NCBI GenBank assembly: GCA_038087875.1
Contig: CM075999.1
Location: 1,552,001-1,616,000, forward strand
Source of the DNA: Malacoraja senta
Taxonomy: Eukaryota
Direction: 5' to 3'
DNA length: 64,000 nt
Positions 51,751 to 63,315 of this stretch are shown in pieces; position 1 is the first letter of the stretch; each line of letters opens with the position of its first letter. The notes below the pieces were generated by a model. The model made no database searches. It had not been told where the DNA came from and saw only the letters and a program-made list of their open reading frames with translations. The translations under genes were made by a program, and so were the position numbers.

Positions 51751-52044
51751 AGAGGGAGGGGGAGAGAGAGAAAGGGAAAGAAAGAGTGAAAAAAAGAGAA
51801 ATAAAGAAGGAGAGAGGAAAAGACAGAAAGAGACAGAGACAGAGTGAGAGACATTGAGAACAGCTGGGCATCACACAGAGTGGAGGCGGTGGGAGGCATG
51901 TTTTGAAGCCAATCTCTTTGTGCTGCGATGAGTTGTTTATTTTTTGTGTGTCTGTGAAACACTTGGAACAGCAGAGATGGATAGATAGTGGTTCACTGTG
52001 GAACCGACTGCTGTTTGTGCCAAATTTTTCTCTCCGGAGCTTAA

Positions 52045-52178
52045 GTCTTCTTCTTGCGGATGGCATGCACAGCCTAAAGTTGTAGGTCAACTAGTTCTAT
52101 TTGATCTTGTTTGTGCACGTTGGGTTGATGGCATTAGTCGAAAGGGTGGACCACGTGAAGGTTAAAAACACCCACCCC
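52045..52178 (-). mobile_element. ~135-bp SINE-like retroposon with decayed HDV-like ribozyme, copy 2
   Basis: Reverse complement starts GGGGTGG, keeps ACC-TTCACGT-GGT-CCACCCT and CTAA, ends GCAAGAAGAAGAC; TSD (CC)GGAGCTTAA at 52034-52044 / 52177-52187; P2 is degraded. Confidence 0.85.
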
Positions 52179-52450
52179 GGAGCTTAAATAGGTCAAGCAG
52201 AGACAATGATAACATGGATTGCACAAAGTCTGGGGCATCAGTAGGTTTGATGAACCCAATGACCTTTCCTCATCCCACTCTTTAGTTTACTTCATTCTTA
52301 AAGTCTGTCTGTCACCTTGTGCGAGCTATCTTCACTTCCCGTGAGTTTAGAACAGAAGAATCCCAAAATGAAATCTTTGACTGAATCTTGCAGTTGTTAG
52401 TCAACAGAGAAATCATAGCTACAGTACATTGGTCTTAACATGCAGAGCGA

Positions 52451-52650
52451 CCTGCAGATGCTGGTTTACACATAAGATAGACACAAAATGCTGGATAACT
52501 CAGCGGGACAGGCAGCATCTCTGGATGGAAAGAATGAGTGATGTTTCAGGTCTGAAGAGGGTCTCAACCCAAAACATCACCATTGCTTCTATCCAGAGAT
52601 GCTGCCTGTCCTGCCGAGCTACTCCAGCATTTTGTGTCTATCTTTGGTCT
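52451..52650. repeat. Fold-back Penelope-type repeat
   Basis: AAGATAGACACAAAATGCTGG ... CCAGCATTTTGTGTCTATCTT inverted arms. Confidence 0.8.
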
Positions 52651-52657
52651 TAACAAG

Positions 52658-52972
52658 GTTTGGTTTAGTTTAGTTCAGAGATACAGAGCGGGAACAAGCC
52701 CTTCAACCCACCGAATCCACGCCAACCAGCGATCCGCGCACACTAACGCTATCCTACACACATTAGGGACAATTTACAATTACACCAAACGAATTAACCT
52801 ACAAACCTGTACGTCTTTGGGGTGTGGGAGGAAACCGGAGATCCTGGAGAAACCCACGCAGGTCACGGGGAGAATGTACAAACTCTGTACAGACACCACC
52901 CTTAGTCAGGATCAAACCCGGGTCTCTGGCGCTGTAAGGCAGCAACTCTTCCGCTGCGGCACCCCTGCCGCC
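52658..52972 (-). mobile_element. HE1-like SINE
   Basis: Reverse full-length copy. Confidence 0.88.
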
Positions 52973-53391
52973 CTTCATCATGAACTTTTCACAATTACGC
53001 AGGATGACCCAATACTGAAATATGTACCCTGATCAAGCGGAAGGAGATAAGAAACTCAAATAACATAGGGGTGAGACGAGAATAGTCATAGATGTGAGAC
53101 CATGGAGAACAACTGTCAGGAAATGAGTCATCAAGACAATGCTTATTTCCCTTCTACTCCGATTTAGCATCTAAAACCAGTCTGACTGTTGCAAACATCC
53201 ACTCAAAAGACAAGTAAAATATATTGGTATTTTCAGGCAGCAGGAAGAATCATCATGTATTGGTCAGGTGATGGAAAGTAGTAGTGGTCCATAATGCTCA
53301 GCAGAAATGTATCTCAATCCTCAATCTTCAGAAAGAAGGATTCCATGAGAAAGAGGTAACATAGGAAAGTCAAGGATAACTTCTTCAAGGC

Positions 53392-53723
53392 GAGTGGTGG
53401 GGTCACGTTTTAGGTGGCGAAACTGACGGAGGACTATTTGTTGTATGTGCCGGCTAGTGGGGTGAAAGGTGAGGACCAGGGGAACTCTGCCCTTGTTACG
53501 AGTGGGGGGATGGGGAGAGAGAGCAGTGTTACGGGGTATGGAGGAGACCCTGGTGCGCGCCTCATCTATAGTAGGAGAGGGGAACCTCCGTTCCCTGAAG
53601 AATGAGGACATTTGCGATGCCCTGGTGTGGAACACCTCATCCTGGGAGCAGATGCGGCGTAGACGGAGGAATTGGGAATAGGGGATGGAGTCCTTACAGG
53701 AAGCAGGGTGGGAGGACGAGTAG
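53392..53723 (-). mobile_element. Penelope-like element internal fragment (region C-terminal to the RT core)
   Basis: LDYSSSHPASCKDSIPYSQFLRLRRICS...RVPLVLTFHP in ORF 53321-53809. Confidence 0.85.
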
Positions 53724-54450
53724 TCAAGGATAATGCTGACTTGAAAAGTGCAGCACACAAAAAGGCAAGAGCATGTGATGAGCCAAGGACTAAGCAGTTT
53801 AGAAGGCAAACAACGTGTTGCCCTTTACTGTGAAGGGGTTGAAGATTAAGAATGCTGTTGTATGGGGTATTGGTGAGGTCTCCACTTGGAATACAATGCA
53901 CAGTTTTGGTCTCATTACCTAAAGAAGAACATTGTGGCATTAGAGGCTAATTCCTGGAGTAAGATTATCGTAACAAGTGAAGACAGTTTGTGTAGGAAGG
54001 AACTGGAGATGCTGGTTTACAATGGAGATAGACACAAAATGCTGGAGTAACTCAGTGGGACAGGCAGCATCTCTGGAGAGAAGGAATGGGTGACGTATCA
54101 GGTAGAGGCCCTTCTCCAGACAGAGACAGTTTGTGTCTACTCTATGCTCTATCTAAAGTCTTGATCATGAGTATGCACCATCTACAATGCACAGCAGTTA
54201 CTTGGCTGGGCTACTCCAACAAGAAATCTGAAATTTCACATCTCTGCCACCGAGAAGGATAATTGGCAGCAGTCAAATGGGAACACAATCGCCTGTAGGT
54301 GTACTAGCAAATTGAATTCTACCAGCTCTCTCCCCTCTACTCTTGTCTTGAAGCAGGATTAGTTTGCTTCAAACATTTTCTCTGACCAAGGCTACCTTCT
54401 GAACCTTCTGAATTTTGTAGTCGGCAGGGCAGTACTCTGCATATCGCCAA

Positions 54451-54685
54451 CTTGGACAATTTAACATTTTATCAAGCCAATTAAACAAGCCAATGATCCT
54501 ACAAACCTGTACGTCTTTGGAGTGTGGGAGGAAACCAAAGTTCTCGGAGAAAACCCACGCAGATCACGGGGAGAACGTACAAACTCCATACAGACAGCAC
54601 CCGTAGTCGGGATCGAACCCGGGTCTCTGGCGCTGCATTTTTGCTGTAAGGCAGCAACTCTACCGCTGTGCCACCATGACTGCCC
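54451..54685 (-). mobile_element. HE1-like SINE, tail missing
   Basis: Head and core. Confidence 0.85.
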
Positions 54686-55379
54686 TACCTCCAGCCCATC
54701 TCGTATTTTGTGACATCAAGTTTCTTTCCCTTCTGACGGGCTGTGAAGCCAGTGTTGCCTCTTCATCAAAGATGCTCCTTCGTTGTTCAAGAGGTGACGT
54801 TGACCCAATTGAACATGGAAGGTTTATTTCATTCCATTGCATTTATTCTGCATTCTTGCGTTTAACTTTACCCTCTTTAAACTTTGCTCTTTCTTTCAAA
54901 CAATAAAGGCTCTGATTTAGCCAAGTAAACTAATCCGGTTATCTACAAATCGGATTTGAGAGGAGACTTGCCCTTTGGGAAGGACCCTATTTCTAAATTT
55001 ACACAAGATCCTAAACTGTAATGTTGTTTACAGAACTTTAAGATTTTAAGATGATAATAAAGATTAAACATATTTATGCTGTTAGGTAACAAATAAAGGA
55101 CTTCCTCATTTGGATATATTCAGCTGAAATCGCACTGGGTTAATGGTTTAAAAGGAATTTCAAAATATATTGATATTGATTTATTATTGTGTACTGAGAT
55201 ACAGCAAAAAGCTTTGCTTTGCATGCTATCCAAATCATACCGCACCTGAGTACAATCAAACTATAAATGAGATTATCAGGTAGTGCAAAAAGAGAAAGGG
55301 AACAGAGTGTAGAATATAGTGTTGCAGCTACAGAGAAAGGGAATAGTTTCGTTTAGTGTTTTGGATTTACAGGTGGATT

Positions 55380-55860
55380 CGGAGACAGGGAATAGTTTAA
55401 TTTTGTGTTTTGTCGCGTGTACCGAGCTAGAGTGAAAAGCTTTTTGTTCCGCGCTAGCCAGTCAGGGGAACGACTAAACATGATTACAATCGAGCCGTCC
55501 ACAGTGTACAGATGCAGGATGAAGGGAATACATTTAGAGCAAGTCCAGTAAAGTCCGATTAGAAAGAGTCCGATGGTCTCCAATGAGGTGGATGGTAGCT
55601 CAGGACTGCTGCCTAGTTGGAGATAGGATGGTTCCGTTGCCTGATAACAGCTGGGAAAGCCTGTCCCCGAATCTAGTGGTGTGCGTTTTCACACTTCTGC
55701 GCCTCTTGCCTGATGGGAGAGAGGAGAAGAGGGAGTGACTGGGGTGAGAGTCGACCTTGATTATGCTGATGGTTTTGCCGAGGCAGCGTGAGGTGTAGAT
55801 GGAGTCAATGGAAGCGAGGTTGGCTTCCAAATCCTCTGCAATTTCCTGCAGTCTTGGATG
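55380..55860 (-). mobile_element. Rex1-like LINE 3' fragment
   Basis: SIDSIYTSRCLGK..SHPSHSLFSSLPSGKR. Confidence 0.7.
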
Positions 55861-56309
55861 GAGCTCATGAGAGGTCCTCTCGAGTCTGATAACGTCAGTG
55901 AAGATGCTGTCCTTGAATCTAAGACTAAGGCTGAGTCATTTGATCTGAAGGTGAGAATATTTTTTTTCTCAAAGTGAGAATCCTTATTTTTTTCTTTGGT
56001 TGTAACAAAAAGGAATCTAGAATTACATCACACATAGAGCCCGACATGTCAATCCTGGCATGTTAGTCCTTACAAACTTCTCTTCACCTACTTCATCCAA
56101 ACCAATCAACATTTCTCTCAATTCATCCCCCCCCCCCCCCACCTCCCACCGATGCTTACGCACTTAAAGCATCAATACGGTAAATCTCGACCAGAAATTA
56201 AAATTTAATGTCCATATGAAAAAGTGTTTATTTTTATAGTTGACAGTAATTTATCTAAGGTGCAATGCTGTGTAAATAATTAGCAAAACCAAACAAAATC
56301 AATCCATAT

Positions 56310-56888
56310 CTTTGAGTATAGAAGTTGGGAGGTCATGTTGCACTTATATTATACAAGACATTGGTGAGGCCACAATTTGAGTAATGTGTTCAATTCTTGG
56401 CACCATATTATTGGAAAGATGTTATCAAGCTGGAAAGGATGCAGAGAAGATTTACGAGGATGTTGTCAGGACTCGAGGGCCTGAGCTACAGGGAGAGGTT
56501 GAGCAGGCTAGGACTCTATCCATTGGAAAGCAGGAGGATGAGGGGTGATCTGAGAGAGGTGTACAAAACCATGAGAGGAATTGCCCAGAGTAGGGGAATC
56601 GAGCACCGGAGAGCATAGGTTTAAGGAGAATGGGAAAAGATTTAACGGGAATCTGAGTGGTAACTTTTCCACACAAAGGTTGGTGGGTGTATGGAACGAG
56701 CTGCCGGAGGAGGTAGTTGAGGCTGGGACTATCGCAACGTTTAAGAAGCAGTTAGCCAGATACATGGATAGGATAGGTTTAGAGGGATATGGGCCAAACG
56801 CAGGCAAGTGGGACGAGTGTAGACGGGACATGTTGTTCGGCGTGGGCAAGTTGGGCGGAAGGGCCTGTTTCCACGCTGTATGACTCTA
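56310..56888 (+). mobile_element. CR1 3' fragment
   Basis: ORFs 56397-56618 and 56581-56883. Confidence 0.88.
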
Positions 56889-57646
56889 TCTGATAAAAAA
56901 ATAAAAGGGAAAAACCTCTTCTGCTCTCTCTCTGAATCAAATGTCAGGAAGAAACACTTTCTTTGAAAATAAATTCTCACGGAAAATTTAAGAATAGCAC
57001 CTGGCATTGAGGTTACACGAGTTAAAAATAGACCAATGTTTCAATTGAGGTTTTTTTACTACAGTTGTGACGCACTTGTCAGAAAAAGGAACACTTTGTC
57101 TACAATCAGCAGATTATTCAGGTTAATTTTTATCCTCATCATACTTCACGCACCTTGATCTGCAGCCGTGGGGGACTACCTGTAATCAGATCTACCTGCT
57201 GGGGGTTGGTGGTGGTGGTGGGGGTGGTGGTGGTGTTATTGGGGGTGGTGCTGGTGGTGGTCGTGGGAGAGATTAGGGTTCCCAACATTAATTGCATGCA
57301 TTTCTCTTGGATTCGAACCATGATCAAAATTAGAATTGAAGAACAGAAAAAAGATGGAAATATTCTTATATTTGAGTGCGCCACAGTGGTGCAGCGGTAG
57401 AGTTGCTGCCTTACAGCGCCAGAGACCCAGGGTCGATCCTGACTACAGGTGCAGTCTGCACCTTCTCCCCGTGACCAGGTGCTCCGGTTTCCTCCCATAC
57501 TCGTACAGGTTATAGATCTATTCTACATTTTCCTTGATCCTCATCCCCTTTGATGTCTCGTTCGCACCTTACACTTTCTTATCTCTGTGTCTCCCGCTCC
57601 CCTGACACTCAGTCTGAAGTAGGAAGAAGGGTCTCGACCCGAAATG

Positions 57647-58136
57647 CAGGGCCGGCCTTAAGGCAATTGGGCCAATTGCTCCCAATTGGGCCCCGCGCTA
57701 GAGGAATCTACTCTCGGCTCCAGTAGATCTACCCCGGGTGGAGGGTGAAGAAAGGGGTAAACGGGAGGGGGGTGTGAGGGGGAATGGAGAAGGGGGAGGT
57801 GGGTCGTTCCCGCACGGTCCCGGGGCAGCGCTCCCGCCCCTCCAGTCGCTGTGCTTCATGCACACAGCCCCGGTTCCCCCCCTCTCTCTCCCCGGGGAGA
57901 CGCGGTGAACAATACAGGGAGGGCCGGGCCTCAGCTCACACCCGTCCGCCCGGACCCCGGCATCTGCTCCCGCCGCCGGTCCTCTCCCTCCCTTCACTCA
58001 TTCCCTCCCTCCTTCCTCTCTCTCTTTTCCCTTCTCTCCTTCCCTCCCTACCTCCCTTCTTTCTCTACTTCCCTCCCTCCCTCCCTCCTCCCTTCTCTCC
58101 TTCCCTCCCACACACACAACACACACACGACACACA

Positions 58137-58213
<77 letters not shown>

Positions 58214-58223
58214 ACACCCCCCC

Positions 58224-58264
<41 letters not shown>

Positions 58265-58620
58265 CCCAATGGTTTCACCAATGGTTATTGGTTTTCCAGG
58301 ATCTAGTTAATTAAATTACTTTTTTTTTTCTTCATTAAACTAGTCACTAAAACAAGTGGTATTGTAACTATATGCTTTTCAGAGGTGATCTACACATTTT
58401 ATTTGTTACTTGTAGGCTTACATGTATGCAATTTTATATTAAAATGTAGCTTAGATTTGTTTGGTCCATTAACTCGCAGGCACTTCTTAAGCGCACATTT
58501 TGATTAATTTCTATAATAGACTTTATTTATATTTCAATGATTCTACAGACCTTAGCTGGGAACCTGGGGCTCACCAAAATTGTTCCCAATTGGGCCCCGC
58601 ACCTCCTAAGGCCGGCCCTG
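57647..58620. mobile_element. Non-autonomous hAT-type DNA transposon (974 bp)
   Basis: 14-bp TIR CAGGGCCGGCCTTA / TAAGGCCGGCCCTG; perfect 8-bp TSD CCGAAATG (57639-46 / 58621-28); subterminal CCCAATTGGGCCCCGC at both ends. Confidence 0.92.
58108..58261. repeat. (CA)n microsatellite inside the hAT element
   Basis: Direct observation. Confidence 0.97.
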
Positions 58621-58744
58621 CCGAAATGTCTCACCCATTCCTTCTCTCCAGAGATGCTGCCTGTCCCGCTGAGTTACTCCAGCATTTTGGAATAAACGTT
58701 AAAAATATCCATTGACTCACAGGAGAGTCAGCAATAGTGAAAGG

Positions 58745-59135
58745 AATAGTCTGGAAAGGTGAAAGGCCCGGATAGAGTGAATGTTGAGAGGATGTATCCA
58801 CGAGTGGGAGAGTCTACGACCAAAGGCCAAAGTTTAAGAATAAAACAACATACCTTTAGAAAGGAGATGAGGAGGAATTTCTTTAGTCAGGGGGTGGTAA
58901 ATTCATTGCAACATAATGTGGAATTCATTGCCACAGAAGGATCCGGAGGATGTCAATGGATATTTTTAAAGTGCAGACTGAGAGATACTTGATTAGTATG
59001 GGTGGCAGGGGTTATGGGGAGAAGGCAGGAGAATGGAGTTGAAAGGGAAAGATAGATCAGCCATGATTGAATGGCGGAGTAGACTTGATGGGCCGAATGG
59101 CCTAATTCTGCTCCTATCACTTATGAACGTATGAG
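58745..59135 (+). mobile_element. CR1 3' fragment
   Basis: KGPDRVNVERMYPRVGES; CR1 3' UTR. Confidence 0.8.
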
Positions 59136-59623
59136 CAAAGAAAATTGCCAAGACAAGGATTGTTATGACTGACAACCGAATGATAATGCAAAAGGGTGGG
59201 TGACATTAAGAATGACAAGGATAGAGAGGAATTTTGAGAGCTTAGGTCAGAGAAAGGAACAGTATGGTTGTCATTGGCAGTCATAAAAGTCAGGCAAGTG
59301 ATGGAGGTCAGAATTGGAGGACTTGAGAGAACTCGGGAGACTTGTACACATGAAGATATTTGAAAGATGGAGGTGTTGCATTTGGTCAATTGAAGGATAT
59401 TTATTTTATAATCAGGAGCTAGATGGTGACCATGAAAGCAAAGGGTTTACAGGGCCTGAAACAAGTTATGATATTGCCAATAGTTTTGGTCCATCTTGGT
59501 CACAGAGGATTCCAGGTCATGGAGTCCGACAGCCAGAAACAGGCCCTTCGGCCCAACTTGTCCATGCCAACATTGATGCCCCATCTCAGCTAGTCCCATC
59601 TTCCTGCATTTGACCCACATCCT

Positions 59624-59991
59624 CACCACACCACCTCCAGGTCCCTCAGATCGGCCGACTTGGGGTTACTGAACATCCCGCGGTCTAGGCATAAGCTCAG
59701 GGGCAACCGCGCCTTTGCGGTTGCAGCTCCTAGACTGTGGAATAGCATCCCTCTTCCCATCAGAACTGCCCCCTCCATCGACTCCTTTAAGTCGAGACTT
59801 AAAACTCATCTCTACTCCCAAGCCTTTCTTGACGTCCTCTGAGCGAGGGCTATATGTATGTAGTGATGTTTGTATTTAATCTATGAACCACTGTTGTATA
59901 AACGTTGGTACCTCCTCCAATGTAAAGCACTTTGGCCAACGAGAGTTGTTTTTTAAATGTGCTATAGAAATAAAAGTGACTTGACTTGACG
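59624..59991 (+). mobile_element. L2-clade LINE 3' end
   Basis: GNRAFAVAAPRLWNSIP..FKSRLKTHL; TGTAAAGCACTTTG...AATAAA (GACTT)n tail; 7-bp TSD ACATCCT (59617-23 / 59992-98). Confidence 0.88.
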
Positions 59992-60725
59992 ACATCCTGG
60001 TTGACCTTTCCTATCCATAGGTCAGAGGAAGGTCTGATGGTGGGCTGTTGGATGGGGTAAGAGCATGGACATAGTCATGTCCCGGGGCAGCCTGGACATC
60101 AAGATTTGAGCATCAGATGGAGATCAAGATTTCAGCAGGAGATGAATTGGGAACTAGTCCACCTGGGGATGAGATAAACTGTTTGTTTGAATTTCAGTGG
60201 TTTGACAGTAGATAGTGGTGTTTGTGTAATCTTATCTGGATCAAAAGTAATATATCTAAAGCTGCATACTTTTATACAGTGCCATGGTTGCAGTTACATA
60301 ATCTGAACTGTATCAGACTATTTGCCTACCCTCTTAAAAGAAGCTGGTATTCATGGAAGGACAGATGTTGGTCTCATCTGTAATCTTAACAAAACAACCG
60401 CCAGAAGACCCCACTTGGAGCATGTCCTCCTCATGAACAAAATACCTGAGATGTAAAGATCGGCGGATGCGTAAAAGAGATTTACATCAAATTATTCCAT
60501 TCCACATAAATTAGATCCATTGTGTATGTGAACCACACTCTTTTCAATTCCTTAAAACCAAATGATATCGTTATAATCACAGATCATGCCACAATATTTA
60601 GAGCTTAGATACTGTCTGTATAGAAAAACAACATACTGTAGCCTTTATTTGAGGGATTGCATTTGCTGGTTCGGGTGAGGAATGAAAGGTGAGCAATTTG
60701 GTCAATAAAAATAAATAACCTTAAA

Positions 60726-60938
60726 CAGCTAACAATGGCCTGTTTCCTTTATCATCGTTACTCTTTTGCATATCTTTCATGCATTGTTCTTTATCTCTCT
60801 ACATCATTGTCTATATCTCTTGTTTCCCTTTCCCATGACTTTCAGTCTGAAGAAGGGTCTCGACCCGAAACGTCACCCATTCCTTCTCTCCAGAGATGCT
60901 GCCTGTCACGCTGAGTTACTCCAGCATTTTTGGTCTAT
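60726..60938 (+). mobile_element. Penelope-type terminal repeat fragment with intact minimal hammerhead core (60845-60877)
   Basis: GT-CTGAAGA-A-GGGT-CTCG-ACCC-GAAA-CG-TC-AC. Confidence 0.7.
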
Positions 60939-60974
60939 CAATGAATAGCAAACTCACTTTATACAAGATGGACA

Positions 60975-61290
60975 GTGATGCAGCTGGTGGTGCTGCTGCC
61001 GCAGCGCTTGAGACTTGGGTTCAATCCTGACCTCAGTTGCTGTCTCTGTGAAGTTTGCATGTTTTCCCTGTGACCGCATGGGATTCCTCCGAGTGCTCCA
61101 GTTCCCTCCCACGCCCAAAACATGTATGATTTTGTAGGTTAATTGGCTTCTATGAATTGCCAATAGTGTACAGGGAGAGAATGCAGAAAATGGGATAACA
61201 TAGAACTAGTGTGAAAGTATGATCGATGGCTGGCGTGGACTCGGTGGATGGAAGAGCCTATTTCTACGCAGCACTTTTGCAATCAATCAA
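60975..61290 (+). mobile_element. HE1-like SINE (older)
   Basis: Head, core, tail. Confidence 0.78.
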
Positions 61291-61402
61291 AATAATGACC
61301 GTCCCAAGTCTTCCGGCTGTGATAATGTAAGGTGAGCTCTTCAGTGATCTCAGGATACATGAGTGATGTCTATAATATATTTGAGACACAAGGAACTGCA
61401 GA

Positions 61403-61683
61403 TTTAGTTTAGTTTAGTTTAGAGATACAGCGCAGATACCAACCAACCGAGTCCGCACCGACCAGCGATCCCTGCCCATTAACAATATCGTACACACACT
61501 AGGGACAATTTTACATTTATACCAAGCCAATTCACCTACAAATCTGTACGTCTTTGGAGTGTGGGAGGAAACCGAAGATCTCGGAGAAAACCCACGCAGG
61601 TCACGGGGAGAACGTACAAACTCAGTACAGACTCCGATTGAACCCGGAACCCGGGTCTCTGGCGCTAGGCCACCGTGCCGCCC
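61403..61683 (-). mobile_element. HE1-like SINE
   Basis: (GTTTA)n tail and core. Confidence 0.85.
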
Positions 61684-62264
61684 TGCTGGAAACTTCAGCG
61701 AAACACAAAGTGCTGGAGTAAGTCAATGAGTCAGGTAGCATCTGTGGAGGGAATGCATAGACAACGTTTTCGGTTTAGCACCCTTCTTCATCCATTCCCT
61801 CCACAGATGTCCCCTGACCCGCTGAGTTACTCCAGCACCATGTTAATATAATATCCATTCCATAATGTTTCTATTATTTCACAGACGGGTCAGGCAATGT
61901 CTCTGGAGAACATGGATAGGTACCTTTTCGGGTTGGGACCCTTCATTAGACCGGAGAAGGGTCCCAACTCAAAATGTCACCAACCCATGTTCTCCTGAGA
62001 TGCTACCTGACCTGCTGAGTTACTCCAGCACTTTGTGTCTTTTTTTGTAAACCAGCATCTGCAGTTCACAACTAATTTCAGTGGGCTGGTTTTGATCGCT
62101 GATAATCTTTTTGGGAAATGCAAGATATTGCTGCCATTTTGACCTGAATATTGTAGGTTTAGGAGACTATCCCAGAGGTCATGAACACAAAGGCCAAGGA
62201 AAATCAAGGTTCTGATGAACGATCATCAACATGAAATGTTAAGTCCAGATGCTGCCTGTCCGAG

Positions 62265-63315
62265 AGTCATAGTCATACAGCGTGGAAACAGGCCCTTCAG
62301 CTCAATTTGTCCACACTGGCCAACCTGCCTGCATTTCGCCCATTTCCCTCTAAACCTGTCCTATCCACGTAACTGTTTAATTGTTTCTTAAACGTTGTGA
62401 TAGTCGGTGCCTCGACTACCTCCTCTGGTAGCACCCACCACCCTTGTGTGAAAAAGTTAAGGGCCTGTCCCACTTGGGCAACCTAATCCGCGAGTTCTGG
62501 CAAGTTTGCCCTCGACTCATACTCGCAGCATGGTCGACACGAGGTTGTAGGAGGTCTTCGTTACTCTCCTTCATGCTCGAGAGTGGTCTCCGCGTATTCG
62601 GGGCCTCAGCTAGGTCGCGGCATTTTTTTCCAGATGTTAAAAAATGCCCGCGAGTAAAAAAAGGTCGCCATGGAAAAAATCTATACTTTTTTTACTTGTA
62701 GGTTTAGTCGTAGTAGGTCGTAGTAGGTTGGCATGTTAGTCGTAGGTAATCGAGGGTAGTCGAAGGTAGTCGAAGGTAGTCGTAGATAGTCTTCATCATA
62801 GTCGAAGAGAGGTCGAAGGGAGGTCAAAGGAGATCGAAGGAGGTCGTCTTCACGCTCCACTATTCAGTGTCCAATTTTCCTGAAGTTAGTCGTAGCTAGT
62901 CGTAGCTAGTCGAAGCTCGTCTTCTACATAGTCGAAGGAGGTCTTCAACATGTCATTTTTTCAAACTCTTCTAAACTCGCCAATTAGGTTGGCCAAGTGG
63001 GACAGCCCCTTTACCCATCACCTTTCCCCTTCATCTTAAACCTGTCCTCTGGTCCTCGATTACTCTACTCTGGGCAAGAGACTGTGCGTCTACTCGATCT
63101 ATTCCTCTCATTATTTTATACACCTCTATATGATCAACCCTCATCCTCCAAGAGTCCCTGCCTACTCAACCTCTCCCTATAGCTCAGACCCTCGGGTTCT
63201 GGCAACATCCTCGTAAATCTTCTCTGTAGCCTTTCCAGCTTGATAATATTTTTCATTTAACATGGTGCCCAGAACTGAACACAATACTCTAAATGTGGCC
63301 TCACCAACATCTTTT
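62265..63315 (-). mobile_element. CR1 3' fragment split by MITE 62460-63010
   Basis: CR1 tail at ~62265-62300; sequence resumes at 63011. Confidence 0.8.
62460..63010. mobile_element. PIF/Harbinger-type MITE with internal (GTAGTCGAAG)-like tandem repeats
   Basis: AGGGCCTGTCCCACTTGG...CCAAGTGGGACAGCCCCT; TSD TTA (62457-59 / 63011-13); interrupts a CR1. Confidence 0.9.

Noticed and set aside
54689..54842. Minus-strand first coding exon (MQWNEINLPC...)
   Set aside because: Donor abuts a SINE head, phase does not match the next candidate exon, peptide unrecognised
57647..57990. CpG-island-like stretch as a host promoter
   Set aside because: Lies wholly inside a TIR/TSD-bounded hAT-type element
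57784..58314. ORFs with HT/CV repeats
   Set aside because: Translation of the (CA)n and CT-rich tracts
60330..60445. Minus-strand exon candidate with AG/GT ends
   Set aside because: All three frames contain stops; no other support
62700..62940. CRISPR-like short repeat array
   Set aside because: Degenerate 10-11-bp tandem repeats without spacers, inside a MITE in eukaryotic DNA
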